This document shows positions 55,001 through 64,000 of a stretch of 64,000 nt of DNA, in pieces. The notes under the pieces were generated by a model, which was given only the letters and a program-made list of their open reading frames with translations, was not told the DNA's origin and ran no database searches. The translations under genes and the position numbers were made by a program. Each line of letters starts with the position of its first letter. The first letter of the stretch is position 1. The stretch lies in the NCBI GenBank assembly GCA_049970055.1, contig JBMFNR010000001.1, forward strand, positions 544,001-608,000, given 5' to 3'. The DNA comes from Fervidobacterium sp. (GTDB taxonomy: Bacteria > Thermotogota > Thermotogae > Thermotogales > Fervidobacteriaceae).

Positions 55001-55376
55001 CTCAAAAGATGCCGAGCCAGTTTGGAATTTCACCTACACGATGGAGAAAAAAGATGAGAAATACACCCTGTCATACAACAATGACGGCAAGAAGACTTAC
55101 AAAACCGAGATAAATCTTAAGACTTTCGATCCGTACATAAAACTCGGATTGACATTCAATCCTTCAACTAATTCATTGGACTATTTTTCGTTAAATATTG
55201 ATAAATCTTTGCACTGTTGGAGGCTCAATTTTGGTGTGGACTTCACAAATAGGAACGCCACTAACATCATAGACAATATAGATAAAATTTATATAAAATT
55301 CTACTTAACTGACATTACCGACAAATTCTTCGAATTTGATCCTAAAAATGGAACATTTAATTTCAGTGGGATGTGA
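52026..55376 (+). CDS. LptF/LptG-family permease fused to OstA/LptD-like domains
   Basis: REITAL..HGIS and LATWLPN (YjgP/Q family), then ITTCD..PHY and LGVPIFPYP (LptD N-terminal-like), then a long beta-rich region ending near LHCW. Confidence 0.8.
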   Translation: MNIVRVLTRYVLKQSLKPFVMGLVGFIVFVSVEWLYQISDYIIRNRVGIDKLLVFVMYNIPYFTFLGIPVGVLFSIFWVISDMYNNREITALLVHGISSKSLVVPFVILALILGFFSWLLGDFVVPTANYKSSQILNQYIFQSPESIVKTNTLVELEKDLYFYVKEYNKQKGELYDVVLFRNEEGNEQILTAKRVVKMKDGWFLLDGSMYVVELESGFLKLEMQFKEMKLDVAGEIEEMLRSAKTTRDKTSKELREQLETYKKLGINTANLVVELQQRYANALGALVIVLIGLPVSLLFGFTSRSWSIIVTFIIVVLYQGSGAWLSGMGKEGYMDPVLATWLPNIVFTIVGSIMYILIDTPIAFRVREFLTRLFIIFIILASVITFTSSTSFAGNQIFVRSQDFYVSESMAIFKGTVSFAWDNYKLYCDEASATIIDGKVKSIEASGDVKFYDKDRLYRARNLRYDFESEKALMVQAKTVYNYKYNNKNVLIYVYSSTVEYDTSNSLGFLENSYITTCDFEEPHYMILSSEIYVLENKYIIAKNSFLVVLGVPIFPYPLYITTLEGVPPYSFSISFGQTLNISQTFSFLVNDWAISISTGFNNVSFNFEDTKNKLNKLTYDQVKKTIEFSLATFTYRYSNGIVYYKYDGPVYLEGNYYNDSNYYQKLGINLQNQNVYVRPYIMYDGKLNDTVILLNGGLKNLSFNLFADNILNLTAVDSTYKLQTDGYLFEQDSSKIWSMYYKTLYDVSLSSKSINYNLSVSGNVYKNAENRNILYTFQFPWNYKDGPFSLNFNYTFSVKSFYNYANSKAIQSLGTTDKYTVIGNYSFGPFKTSLSWDQTYNFLDESTTTNKNLVKISLESNAQDIAFSVNRTWDVLNEKLLPDNLTLRYSQVFSGFEFNGSLTTSYDNTLKKIGNENVSFGISCKPLTLSYTLQFTIQPDKPLDVFVHTIKYSNLSITAYQQADYVKNLIASGSFNLFDYKSNLKLNYTKTSKDAEPVWNFTYTMEKKDEKYTLSYNNDGKKTYKTEINLKTFDPYIKLGLTFNPSTNSLDYFSLNIDKSLHCWRLNFGVDFTNRNATNIIDNIDKIYIKFYLTDITDKFFEFDPKNGTFNFSGM

Positions 55377-56710
55377 TATTTTTGAGCACAGAGTTGCTTG
55401 AAAGATTTACCAAAGTATTGGAGCGGTACCTATCAAAAGGCTCTTCCATATTACTCGCAGTCTCCGGTGGTGTAGATTCCATTGTTATGCTTGACCTTTT
55501 TGATAGAGCAAAGCGACTGTTTAATTTAAGGATTGCAGTTGCAACATTTAATCATAAGCTAAGAAAAGAGGCATATGATGAGGTTCTTTTTGTTGAAAGC
55601 ATATGCTATGCAAGAAATATTGATTTTTTCAAAGGCGAAGGTGATGTGAAAGAATATGCAGAAAAAAACAAACTTTCAACGGAAGAAGCTGCGCGGATAT
55701 TACGTTATGATTTTTTAAATGCTATAGCTCAGAGATACAGCTTTGGATATATAGCTACAGCGCATAACTCTAACGATTTGCTCGAGACGATGATTTTACG
55801 TTTAGTGAAAGGTACAGGTCCCTTTGGTTTGGCGGCAATTAAACCATTGAGCGGAAAATATTTAAGACCGCTTTTATTTTTTTCAAGAGAGGAACTAGAA
55901 AATTACGCAAATCAGATGGGATTAAAATACGTTGTTGATAAATCCAATTTCGACATTCAATACAACAGAAATTTCCTACGGCACAAAGTTATTCCACTGT
56001 TGAAAGAAATCAATCCTTCAGTTGAAGATGCGTCACTAAAGCTTGCCAAAAGTATCTGGGAACTTGATGATTATATCGAGAATACTTTAAGATCACTGTC
56101 AAAAGATGTTACTAAAATTGCGGGTAGGGTTATATTCAAGCTTTTGGATGATGAATATTTGCAAATAGAACAAATTCGAAGGGAGGCACTTTCTTTTTTC
56201 GGGAAGCCTGTAGATTTTGAAAAGCTTGAGAGGTTTAAAAAAACCAAGAAAACAGGTAAAACTTCCTTTAAAATATCCTTGTGGGGAAATCTTGGTATTG
56301 AAATTTCTTATGGTTGGTGTATGATGGGAGATATACACAATTATCCAGCGTATGAACACGTTGTCTGCTTGGATCAAAAAGCTGATAAGAAAAGTATAAA
56401 TGTAAACGGCTACTTTATAACTTTTAGTTATTGTGATATAATCTCTAATAGGCTCAGCGAAATTTGTCTGAAAGTCCGAAATTGGAAAGAAGGCGATAGA
56501 GTAGCCAGCGAAAAGAAGGTTAAGGAAATATTCTCCAAGAAAAAATTGCCTACTTTTGTTAGAAAGTTGATACCAGTTGTGGTATTTCAAGACTTCCATC
56601 AGAAGAAAGAGGTAGTTGTTTATATTCCGTACGTATATGAAGGAAAGGATTTCTTAAAAGAATACGGAATATCGATCGAAGCGAAAGGAGGTTTGCATTT
56701 TGAATCGTAA
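55373..56710 (+). CDS. tilS: tRNA(Ile)-lysidine synthase
   Basis: AVSGGVDS, EEAARILRY, TAHN, RPLL and RNFLR motifs. Confidence 0.95.
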   Translation: MIFLSTELLERFTKVLERYLSKGSSILLAVSGGVDSIVMLDLFDRAKRLFNLRIAVATFNHKLRKEAYDEVLFVESICYARNIDFFKGEGDVKEYAEKNKLSTEEAARILRYDFLNAIAQRYSFGYIATAHNSNDLLETMILRLVKGTGPFGLAAIKPLSGKYLRPLLFFSREELENYANQMGLKYVVDKSNFDIQYNRNFLRHKVIPLLKEINPSVEDASLKLAKSIWELDDYIENTLRSLSKDVTKIAGRVIFKLLDDEYLQIEQIRREALSFFGKPVDFEKLERFKKTKKTGKTSFKISLWGNLGIEISYGWCMMGDIHNYPAYEHVVCLDQKADKKSINVNGYFITFSYCDIISNRLSEICLKVRNWKEGDRVASEKKVKEIFSKKKLPTFVRKLIPVVVFQDFHQKKEVVVYIPYVYEGKDFLKEYGISIEAKGGLHFES

Positions 56711-58544
56711 CATAGGATCTATAATTTTTCTCATACTCATAGCCTTAAGTTTGTTTTGGATTTACGAAGGATTTATAAACACAAGAACTGGTATTGAGCT
56801 TAACATGAGTTACAGCGATTTTATTAAGCGTTTAGGTAACGGCGAGACGGATATAGCCGAGGTAATTATAAAAGACGATGGAAATCTGAGTGTTACTACC
56901 AAGCAAGGACGTTCTTATTCGATTTATGCACCATGGTTTAGATACGATGTTGAGACTATAAATAAACTGGTTGATTACGGAATAGTAGTTCAAGCTGAGA
57001 AGGTAACAGACAGTACTTTTTGGGTGAATGTTGTCGGTAATATAGCAATGTTTGTTATAACACTACTTTTGTTCGCCTTCATCATAAGAGGTCTTGGAAG
57101 GGGCAATAATCAAGCATTTACATTTACAAAAAGTAGGGCCGAGAAAGTGGGGCCAAATAAAATCAAAGTAACATTCAAAGATGTAGCTGGTGTGGACGAA
57201 GCCGTTGAGGAATTGAAGGAAACTGTAGAATTTTTGAAAAATCCTGGTAAATTCGCAAAGCTAGGTGCTAGAATGCCAAAAGGTATCTTACTTGTTGGAC
57301 CTCCGGGCACTGGTAAAACACTACTTGCTCGTGCTGTTGCAGGGGAAGCCAATGTTCCGTTTTTTCATATCAGTGGTTCAGATTTTGTAGAACTTTTTGT
57401 CGGTGTGGGAGCGGCAAGAGTTAGAGATCTATTTGAACAAGCGAAAGCAAGTGCACCTTGTATAGTGTTTATTGACGAAATCGACGCGGTTGGTAGACAC
57501 AGGGGAGCAGGTCTTGGTGGTGGACATGATGAAAGGGAACAGACATTGAACCAATTACTCGTTGAGATGGATGGCTTCGATGTTAATCAGGGTATAGTTG
57601 TTATGGCAGCTACCAATAGACCTGATATACTTGATCCTGCATTACTAAGGCCTGGAAGGTTTGATAAAAAAGTGGTAGTTGATCCACCGGATGTAAAGGG
57701 TCGGGAAGCTATATTGAAGATACACCTTAGGAACAAGCCAGTTGACAAGGATGTCGATGTTTCAGTGCTTGCAAAACGGACAACAGGTTTCGTAGGTGCT
57801 GATTTAGAAAATCTGGTCAACGAAGCTGCACTACTAGCTGCAAGAGAAGGGAGAAATATAATTAAAATGAATGACTTTGAGGAGGCCATTGATAGAGTAA
57901 TAGCGGGACCTGCAAGGAAATCAAGAGTTATTTCGGAAAAACAAAAGAGGATTGTGGCGTATCATGAAGTTGGACACGCGATTATAAGTTCTTCTTTACC
58001 GAACTCAGACCCAGTACACAGAATATCGATAACACCGCGTGGCTATGCGGCACTCGGATACACCTTACATTTGCCTGCTGAAGATAAATACCTCGTAAGC
58101 AAGAATGAATTACTTGATACTATAACCACACTGCTTGGTGGAAGAGCAGCTGAAGAATTGACTTTTGGAGACTTTACAAGTGGTGCTGCAAATGATATTG
58201 AGAGAGCGACGGAAATCGCAAGGAAGATGGTATGTGAATACGGAATGAGTGACAATTTTGGACCTCTGGCGTGGGGAAAAACGGAACAGGAAGTATTCCT
58301 TGGCAAAGAGCTCACAAGAATAAGAAATTACAGTGAAGAAGTTGCAAAGATGATAGACCATGAAATACAACATATCATAAAAACATGTTACGATAGAGCG
58401 AAAGACATACTTATTAAAAATCGCGAAAAAATGGAGCAGATTGTGGCTGTGTTGCTTGAGCGTGAAGTGATGAGTGGAGAAGAACTCAGGGCGATGCTAA
58501 ATGGTAATGAAAAAGGGTTTGAAGATCAACCACAACAAGTATAA
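56700..58544 (+). CDS. ftsH: ATP-dependent Zn metalloprotease FtsH
   Basis: Two TM segments, [11 protein letters not shown] and HEVGH motifs. Confidence 0.97.
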   Translation: MNRNIGSIIFLILIALSLFWIYEGFINTRTGIELNMSYSDFIKRLGNGETDIAEVIIKDDGNLSVTTKQGRSYSIYAPWFRYDVETINKLVDYGIVVQAEKVTDSTFWVNVVGNIAMFVITLLLFAFIIRGLGRGNNQAFTFTKSRAEKVGPNKIKVTFKDVAGVDEAVEELKETVEFLKNPGKFAKLGARMPKGILLVGPPGTGKTLLARAVAGEANVPFFHISGSDFVELFVGVGAARVRDLFEQAKASAPCIVFIDEIDAVGRHRGAGLGGGHDEREQTLNQLLVEMDGFDVNQGIVVMAATNRPDILDPALLRPGRFDKKVVVDPPDVKGREAILKIHLRNKPVDKDVDVSVLAKRTTGFVGADLENLVNEAALLAAREGRNIIKMNDFEEAIDRVIAGPARKSRVISEKQKRIVAYHEVGHAIISSSLPNSDPVHRISITPRGYAALGYTLHLPAEDKYLVSKNELLDTITTLLGGRAAEELTFGDFTSGAANDIERATEIARKMVCEYGMSDNFGPLAWGKTEQEVFLGKELTRIRNYSEEVAKMIDHEIQHIIKTCYDRAKDILIKNREKMEQIVAVLLEREVMSGEELRAMLNGNEKGFEDQPQQV

Positions 58545-58594
58545 CCATGTGTATTTATGTTACTTACTTTTTGATACATACGGGGGGATAACTT

Positions 58595-58996
58595 GTGAAT
58601 GAGAATTTAAATAGTCTTCTTGGTCTAAATAAGTCTATGGAAATTGTTTCTGACGAATCCTTGGTGTGGGATGAAGACGATGAACTGTCACATTTGCATC
58701 TTGTATCGACTTCCGGCTTATTAAAAGAGATTAATTATGTTACTGGAATGTTTTTAAATCAATATCTTGAAGAGGAAAGTATATCAGTTGTCATATACAG
58801 TGATATTAGTCATTTAAAACCTGTTGTTGTTGGTGAAAGATTAGTTGTAGGTGTTAGAGTTGTTCAAGTCGAAAACAATATCGTCACATTTAAAGCTATA
58901 ATTATGAAAGAATCAGTAAAGATTGCTGAGGCAACGGTAAAAAGGGCAGTGGTGTCGAAGAATTACTTGAGAAGAAAAGCTTTAGAACAGATGTAA
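58595..58996 (+). CDS. Hot-dog fold thioesterase-like protein (FlK-like)
   Basis: VST..L...ISHLKPVVVG pattern. Confidence 0.65.
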   Translation: MNENLNSLLGLNKSMEIVSDESLVWDEDDELSHLHLVSTSGLLKEINYVTGMFLNQYLEEESISVVIYSDISHLKPVVVGERLVVGVRVVQVENNIVTFKAIIMKESVKIAEATVKRAVVSKNYLRRKALEQM

Positions 58997-59003
58997 TAAA
59001 TAC

Positions 59004-60431
59004 TTGGAGGTAACGATGCGAAGGCCAAAAGATGAAGAATCATTTAAGGAATACAGTTATGTTCAGAAAATGAGAGCGACGGAAAAGATTTTAGAAAATA
59101 TATCGGGCAACCTCCCAAAGGTTGCCCTTATTTTTCCGAACGGATATGAAATTGCTAGCAGTTCTTTAGCCTGGAGCTGGGTTCAACAACTTTTATGTAA
59201 AAAAGGCATAGGTGTAGAAAGATTTTTTTACGAACCTTGGTTCAAGAGATTTTATTCTCTTGAAAGTCAAAAACCACTCGACGAGTTTCCCATATGGATG
59301 TTCACATTACAATTCGAAAACGATTTGTTAAACATTGCAGATATTTTGGTAAAACGAGGCATTCCATTGAATTCCGCCGATCGATTTGATTATCATCCAC
59401 TCATTATTATAGGTGGACCAGTTACGTTATTTAATTACAAAGTTGTTGAAGATCTTGCAGATTTTGTATTTGTAGGCGATCTGGAATGTTCGGTGGAAGA
59501 ATTCTCTAATGCGCTTGACACTTTCAGTGAAAGTAGATCAATCGATGAATTCTTGAAAGTTAAACGAGTCTATTCTAAAAAATTTGGTAAAATTAACTTT
59601 GAAAAGTGCTTTGGAAAATTAACTCCAGTTCCTTATTCACACTACATTACAAGTAGATCCACGTTTAAGAATAAACTTCTAGTGGAAGTCGGAAGAGGTT
59701 GTATTTGGCGTTGTGCATTTTGTGTAACTGGGTATACAAAAAAGCCTGTTAAATTTGCTAATCTCAATGATGTATTGGAATTGATGGAAAGGTACAAAGA
59801 GCTTGAGTTCGGTTTAATAAGTGCTTCAATTACTGATTACCCGTACCTAAATGAATTATTGGAGTTCGTCGAAAGAAATAATATAAGATTTTCGGTCTCA
59901 TCTATGAGAATCGATAAGGTAAGTTATAAATTACTTGATTTACTAAAAAGGACAGACCACCAATCGTTTACAGTTGCTCCAGAGGGAATATCACAAAAAA
60001 TGCGTGATATTATGATAAAGGATCTAACGGCAGATAAGATAATCCATGGTTTACGTATTGGGCGAGAAGTAGGTTTTGAGAGTGTTAAACTTTACTACAT
60101 AATCGGACTTGAAGAGGAAAGTGACGATGATTACAAAGAGTTCTTTGGGTTCATAAAAGACATACAAAAAATGGGTTATAAGAATATAACACTTAGTATA
60201 AACCCACTTGTTCCGAAACCTATGACGCCGTTTGAGAAAAGATCTATTATCTCGAAAAAAGACTACGAAGAACGGATGGTATTTATAAAGAAAAATCTGC
60301 ACAAAAATGTTAAAATAAATTTTGAAAGCTACAAGGAAAGTCTCGTTCAATACGAACTATCAAGTCTAAAAGGTATTGAAACAATCGAATATTTAATAAA
60401 TCATATCAAAAAAGAACAAAGTAAAGCATAG
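59004..60431 (+). CDS. Radical SAM protein
   Basis: EVGRGCIWRCAFC, SSMR, TVAPEG and KLYYIIGL motifs; start may be 59016. Confidence 0.9.
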   Translation: MEVTMRRPKDEESFKEYSYVQKMRATEKILENISGNLPKVALIFPNGYEIASSSLAWSWVQQLLCKKGIGVERFFYEPWFKRFYSLESQKPLDEFPIWMFTLQFENDLLNIADILVKRGIPLNSADRFDYHPLIIIGGPVTLFNYKVVEDLADFVFVGDLECSVEEFSNALDTFSESRSIDEFLKVKRVYSKKFGKINFEKCFGKLTPVPYSHYITSRSTFKNKLLVEVGRGCIWRCAFCVTGYTKKPVKFANLNDVLELMERYKELEFGLISASITDYPYLNELLEFVERNNIRFSVSSMRIDKVSYKLLDLLKRTDHQSFTVAPEGISQKMRDIMIKDLTADKIIHGLRIGREVGFESVKLYYIIGLEEESDDDYKEFFGFIKDIQKMGYKNITLSINPLVPKPMTPFEKRSIISKKDYEERMVFIKKNLHKNVKINFESYKESLVQYELSSLKGIETIEYLINHIKKEQSKA

Positions 60432-60591
60432 AGTATAAAAAACACCACTCTATGCATTACTTAGAGTTTTTTTATGGATATCCCTTAAGCCTAATGTTTA
60501 ATAAAAATTGTAGTTTCATGAGAAGAAATACAATTACAATCAGAATAATCATTACAGCTATAGTTACGCTTCCTCTTCGCATAATCCCTTA

Positions 60592-62028
60592 TCAGTATAT
60601 CCTTTTGTACTGATTGTAATTTCCTTTTGTCTTGTTTGTGGCCTTTAATATTCTGAACCCCTTCGAAGGTATGTTAAATCTGAGCACACCACCGACAATC
60701 CAAAATTCCTCTTGTGTGAATAAATCAACAAAACATGTGCCAGCAAGTAATCTACCGTCTGGTACCGATACAGCAATCTCTTGTTTGCCCGATTTGTTAA
60801 TTGCAACGACTATGTCATCGAGTACATAAGGGGTCCTTCTGAGAAAGACAAATGGTTCATCGTTAAGAACTTCGAAAGTACCAATCTTTAAGGCAGTCTG
60901 TGTCTTTCTTATTTCAATAATTTTTTTATAAAATCCCAAAAGTTCCCTATCCCATCTATCTTCATCCCAAACCATAGCAGCTCTGTTTTCTGGATCCGCT
61001 CCACCTTGCATTCCTATTTCGCTACCGTAATAGATAAATGGAACACCAGGATAAGTGAATTGTAGAATAATTGCAAGTTTCCTTAAAGATTTCTCAGGTA
61101 TAACCGTAGCAATACGAGGTGTATCGTGGCTATCAAGCATGTTCCAACAACCATATATGTTAGGAGTTAAATTGTAAGCACTTTGAAGTGGCTGTGTAAT
61201 ATTCTTTAATTCGCCTTTTAACCAGCCTACAACACTTTCTCTGAAATGGTAGTTCATAATACCATCGACAACTTCCCAATTCGATGGGAAATTCCAAGTT
61301 TCTGCTACAACATATTTTTCGACAGAAACAGCTTTAGCTCTTGCAGTGATTAGTGCTGTATTAACGTATCCAAGATCAAATGCAACATCCAAACGCCAAC
61401 CATCAATACCTAGTTTTAAATAATGTTCAACAACGCTTAAAAGATATTCCCGTACGGTTGTCTCCTCCCAATTCCACTCTGGCATATCTTGAACACCTTG
61501 CCATGATCTGTAACCATTTTTGTATATGGAAAATTTTGCAATATGCCTTTTATCTCCCTTAAGTGCCCTTTTAAACCATTTATTCTCTTTGCTTAGGTGA
61601 TTGAACACACCGTCGAGCATTACTCTGAAGTTATTTTCTTTAGCTGCTTTTAAATAGAACTTAAAAGCGCGTTCGCCTCCAAATTGAGGGTCAATTTTCA
61701 TATAATCTATCGTATCGTACTTGTGGTTTGATGGTGACAAGAAAATAGGAGTTGTGTAGATAAGGTTTACCCCGAGGTCCCTTAAATAATCAAGCTTTTC
61801 CGCTATTCCCCATAAGTCTCCACCGTAGAATTCGAAACAATGTTCAATGTTTGGTTTGTGTTTCGGTAACACGTACCAATCTGCTATTTTCCCTCCACGC
61901 GATGTGTAAAGCTGTGTTTTATCATGTACACTTTTCCCTTTACCTATAGCAAATCTGTCTGGAAAAATTTGGTAAATCACCGATTCGTATACCCAACTTG
62001 GTAATGGATAATGCATACTATGACACAC
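60592..62028 (-). CDS. GH13 neopullulanase/cyclomaltodextrinase-like glycosidase
   Basis: YQIFPDRF, GGDL, HKYDT, DGVFNH, DGWRLDVA and LDSHDT motifs. Confidence 0.92.
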   Translation of the reverse strand: MCHSMHYPLPSWVYESVIYQIFPDRFAIGKGKSVHDKTQLYTSRGGKIADWYVLPKHKPNIEHCFEFYGGDLWGIAEKLDYLRDLGVNLIYTTPIFLSPSNHKYDTIDYMKIDPQFGGERAFKFYLKAAKENNFRVMLDGVFNHLSKENKWFKRALKGDKRHIAKFSIYKNGYRSWQGVQDMPEWNWEETTVREYLLSVVEHYLKLGIDGWRLDVAFDLGYVNTALITARAKAVSVEKYVVAETWNFPSNWEVVDGIMNYHFRESVVGWLKGELKNITQPLQSAYNLTPNIYGCWNMLDSHDTPRIATVIPEKSLRKLAIILQFTYPGVPFIYYGSEIGMQGGADPENRAAMVWDEDRWDRELLGFYKKIIEIRKTQTALKIGTFEVLNDEPFVFLRRTPYVLDDIVVAINKSGKQEIAVSVPDGRLLAGTCFVDLFTQEEFWIVGGVLRFNIPSKGFRILKATNKTKGNYNQYKRIY

Positions 62029-62232
62029 TCCTCTTCACTAGTTTGTTAATTTACATAAAACTTGCGTACATAAAATTATAGCATAATTATTTATACGGTT
62101 CCACACATATAGTGTACTCTGACAGTTGAGTGAATAGTTGAACAACGCTATTTGTGTGGTATAATACTCTGGAAGCTTAAAAAGTTAAATTAAAAAGAAA
62201 AGATCCTAAACTAAAAACGTGGGGGGAAGTAT

Positions 62233-63807
62233 ATGAAATATGATTTTCTAAGCCGAACGCTTGCCGTTATCAACGATTTTTCAGTCCAAGAGCAACTTTT
62301 TTTGTACAGTAACACGAAACGACTGAAAGAAAAAGTAAAAAGCAAGGAAGATATTTCAGAATTTCAAATTAAGAAGGATACGAGTATCTACATAGTTTTT
62401 GTTGAACCGTCAACGCGTACCAAAGAATCATTCATAAATGCCGCAAAATTCCACAAAAACGCAAAAGTAAACATCTTCGATTCTGAGCACTCCTCGTTCA
62501 ATAAGCAAGAAAGTTATGTTGATACGTTTAATATGCTTACGGGCTACAGTGAATACTCCATTTTTATTTTGAGAACACGACTAGAAGGAGTAGTAAGGCT
62601 TTTGGAGCAAAAAGTTGGCGAATTTTCAAACAGACATGGTATAGAAAGACCCGCTTTCATCAACGGTGGAGACGGAAAACATGAGCATCCAACACAAGAA
62701 TTATTAGACGAATTTACGTTTCTTGAACAGATGAAGTTTGATAATTCCCACATAAGAATAGCGTTGGTTGGTGATTTATTGCACGGAAGGACTGTTCATT
62801 CAAAAGCAGATGGATTAAAGGTATTCAGAAATGTAGAAGTTGATTTAATCGCTCCTGAAGAACTCCAAATGCCAAGAAGTTACATTGAAAAAATGAAAAG
62901 GAACGGTTTTGAAGTAAGAATATATAATTCAATAGATGAATATCTTTCAGCAACTACTCCCGCATCTATATGGTATTTCACACGGCTTCAACTTGAACGA
63001 ATGGGTGAAGATATACTTGAAAAAGCTCCACTATTAAAAAAAGCGGTGACGTTCAGAAAAGATATGCTCGAAAAAATCCCACAGGGTACAAAATTTTATC
63101 ATCCACTCCCAAGACCAAAAATTGACCCTGAGATACCTACATTCCTAGATACCCTTCCTTTGAACGGTTGGGAAGATCAAGCGATAAATGGATACTGGGT
63201 AAGGGTTGTCTTGCTCTCAATGCTTGGAGGTGCATTAATTGCAGATTTTGATACTACTGTAAAAAAACAAGAATTAGATGATAATTTTATCGTTCCTGCA
63301 CTTATTGTTGATGGTATGAAGGGTGTTGAGAAGGAAGGAAAGAGAGGCATTAAACCTATAGATAACGGTACAGTTATTGATCATATTGCAAAGGGAAAGT
63401 CAACAGATGAAATATACAACACAATAATCAAAATCAGAAGGATATTGAGGTTATATGACGTGGACAGTGCGGATGGAATTTTCAAATCTGCCGATGGGAA
63501 TTACAAAGGTTACATAAGCCTTCCAGACAGATACCTATCTTTCAAAGAGATAAAAAAACTTGCAGCAATATCACCTAACACGACGGTAAACATAATTAAA
63601 AACAGGAAAGTTGTCGAAAAATATCGATTGCAGTTGCCTCCGAAAATATACAATTTCGATGAGATAAGGTGTAAAAACGAAAACTGCATTACTAATCCTG
63701 CGCACGGTGAACCCGTAAGTGCTTCATTTGTACAAATTGATGGTAAATTTGTATGTGAGTATTGTGAAACTGTCCATGAATATCACGAAATATGGAACGT
63801 AAAGTAA
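62233..63807 (+). CDS. pyrBI: Fused aspartate carbamoyltransferase catalytic/regulatory subunit
   Basis: STRT, HPTQ and HPLP, then IDNGTVIDHI and C-x-N-x-x-C...C-x-YC. Confidence 0.95.
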   Translation: MKYDFLSRTLAVINDFSVQEQLFLYSNTKRLKEKVKSKEDISEFQIKKDTSIYIVFVEPSTRTKESFINAAKFHKNAKVNIFDSEHSSFNKQESYVDTFNMLTGYSEYSIFILRTRLEGVVRLLEQKVGEFSNRHGIERPAFINGGDGKHEHPTQELLDEFTFLEQMKFDNSHIRIALVGDLLHGRTVHSKADGLKVFRNVEVDLIAPEELQMPRSYIEKMKRNGFEVRIYNSIDEYLSATTPASIWYFTRLQLERMGEDILEKAPLLKKAVTFRKDMLEKIPQGTKFYHPLPRPKIDPEIPTFLDTLPLNGWEDQAINGYWVRVVLLSMLGGALIADFDTTVKKQELDDNFIVPALIVDGMKGVEKEGKRGIKPIDNGTVIDHIAKGKSTDEIYNTIIKIRRILRLYDVDSADGIFKSADGNYKGYISLPDRYLSFKEIKKLAAISPNTTVNIIKNRKVVEKYRLQLPPKIYNFDEIRCKNENCITNPAHGEPVSASFVQIDGKFVCEYCETVHEYHEIWNVK

Positions 63808-63827
63808 ATAACAATGACGCCAGCAAA

Positions 63828-63859
63828 ATGCCCAAGCGAAATACTTGGGCATCTTTATT
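63828..63859 (+). terminator. pyrBI terminator
   Basis: ATGCCCAAG-N7-CTTGGGCAT followed by CTTTATT. Confidence 0.7.
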
Positions 63860-63881
63860 AATATCTTGAAGTCATTTTAAT

Positions 63882-63958
63882 AAAAAAGCTCCCCGGTTAG
63901 GAACCGGGGTGGGAAGGTGTGGTGGCCGTTGTGAGGTCGAGTCCTCACTATGTATGCA
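63882..63958 (-). ncRNA. Candidate ~80-nt small RNA
   Basis: TATAAT at 63970-63965, a 6-bp hairpin, a C-rich linker and a GC-rich hairpin followed by U6. Confidence 0.45.
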
Positions 63959-64000
63959 TTCTTCATTATAACTTCACTTTGTCATTTTTTCCATTAACAT

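Overview
AT-rich chromosomal window that is mostly housekeeping genes. The gene content and order (pyrBI fusion, udg-dtxR-galE-rarA-macro, ftsA-ftsZ-pilB, buk-ptb-buk-vor) point to Thermotogota, probably Fervidobacteriaceae; this is an inference, not a database hit. It contains an amino-acid fermentation operon, tRNA-Gly(CCC), guaB, a DUF2089/SHOCT-like/beta-helix operon, hfq-hflX, metK, rpsT, hutH, ahcY, ftsAZ, a MarR-regulated heterodimeric ABC exporter, ruvB, an LptF/G-LptD-like fusion, tilS-ftsH and pyrBI. The standout feature is a 1158-bp insertion (39680-40837) that splits rarA/mgsA. Removing it restores an intact in-frame 409-aa RarA. The insert has no recognisable recombinase or transposase. 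It carries a perfect sigma70 promoter, two covarying 39-nt palindromic units, one class II glutamine-amidotransferase/Ntn-hydrolase gene, short symmetric end repeats and a terminator-like structure facing the host operon. A candidate ~80-nt sRNA lies at the right end of the window.
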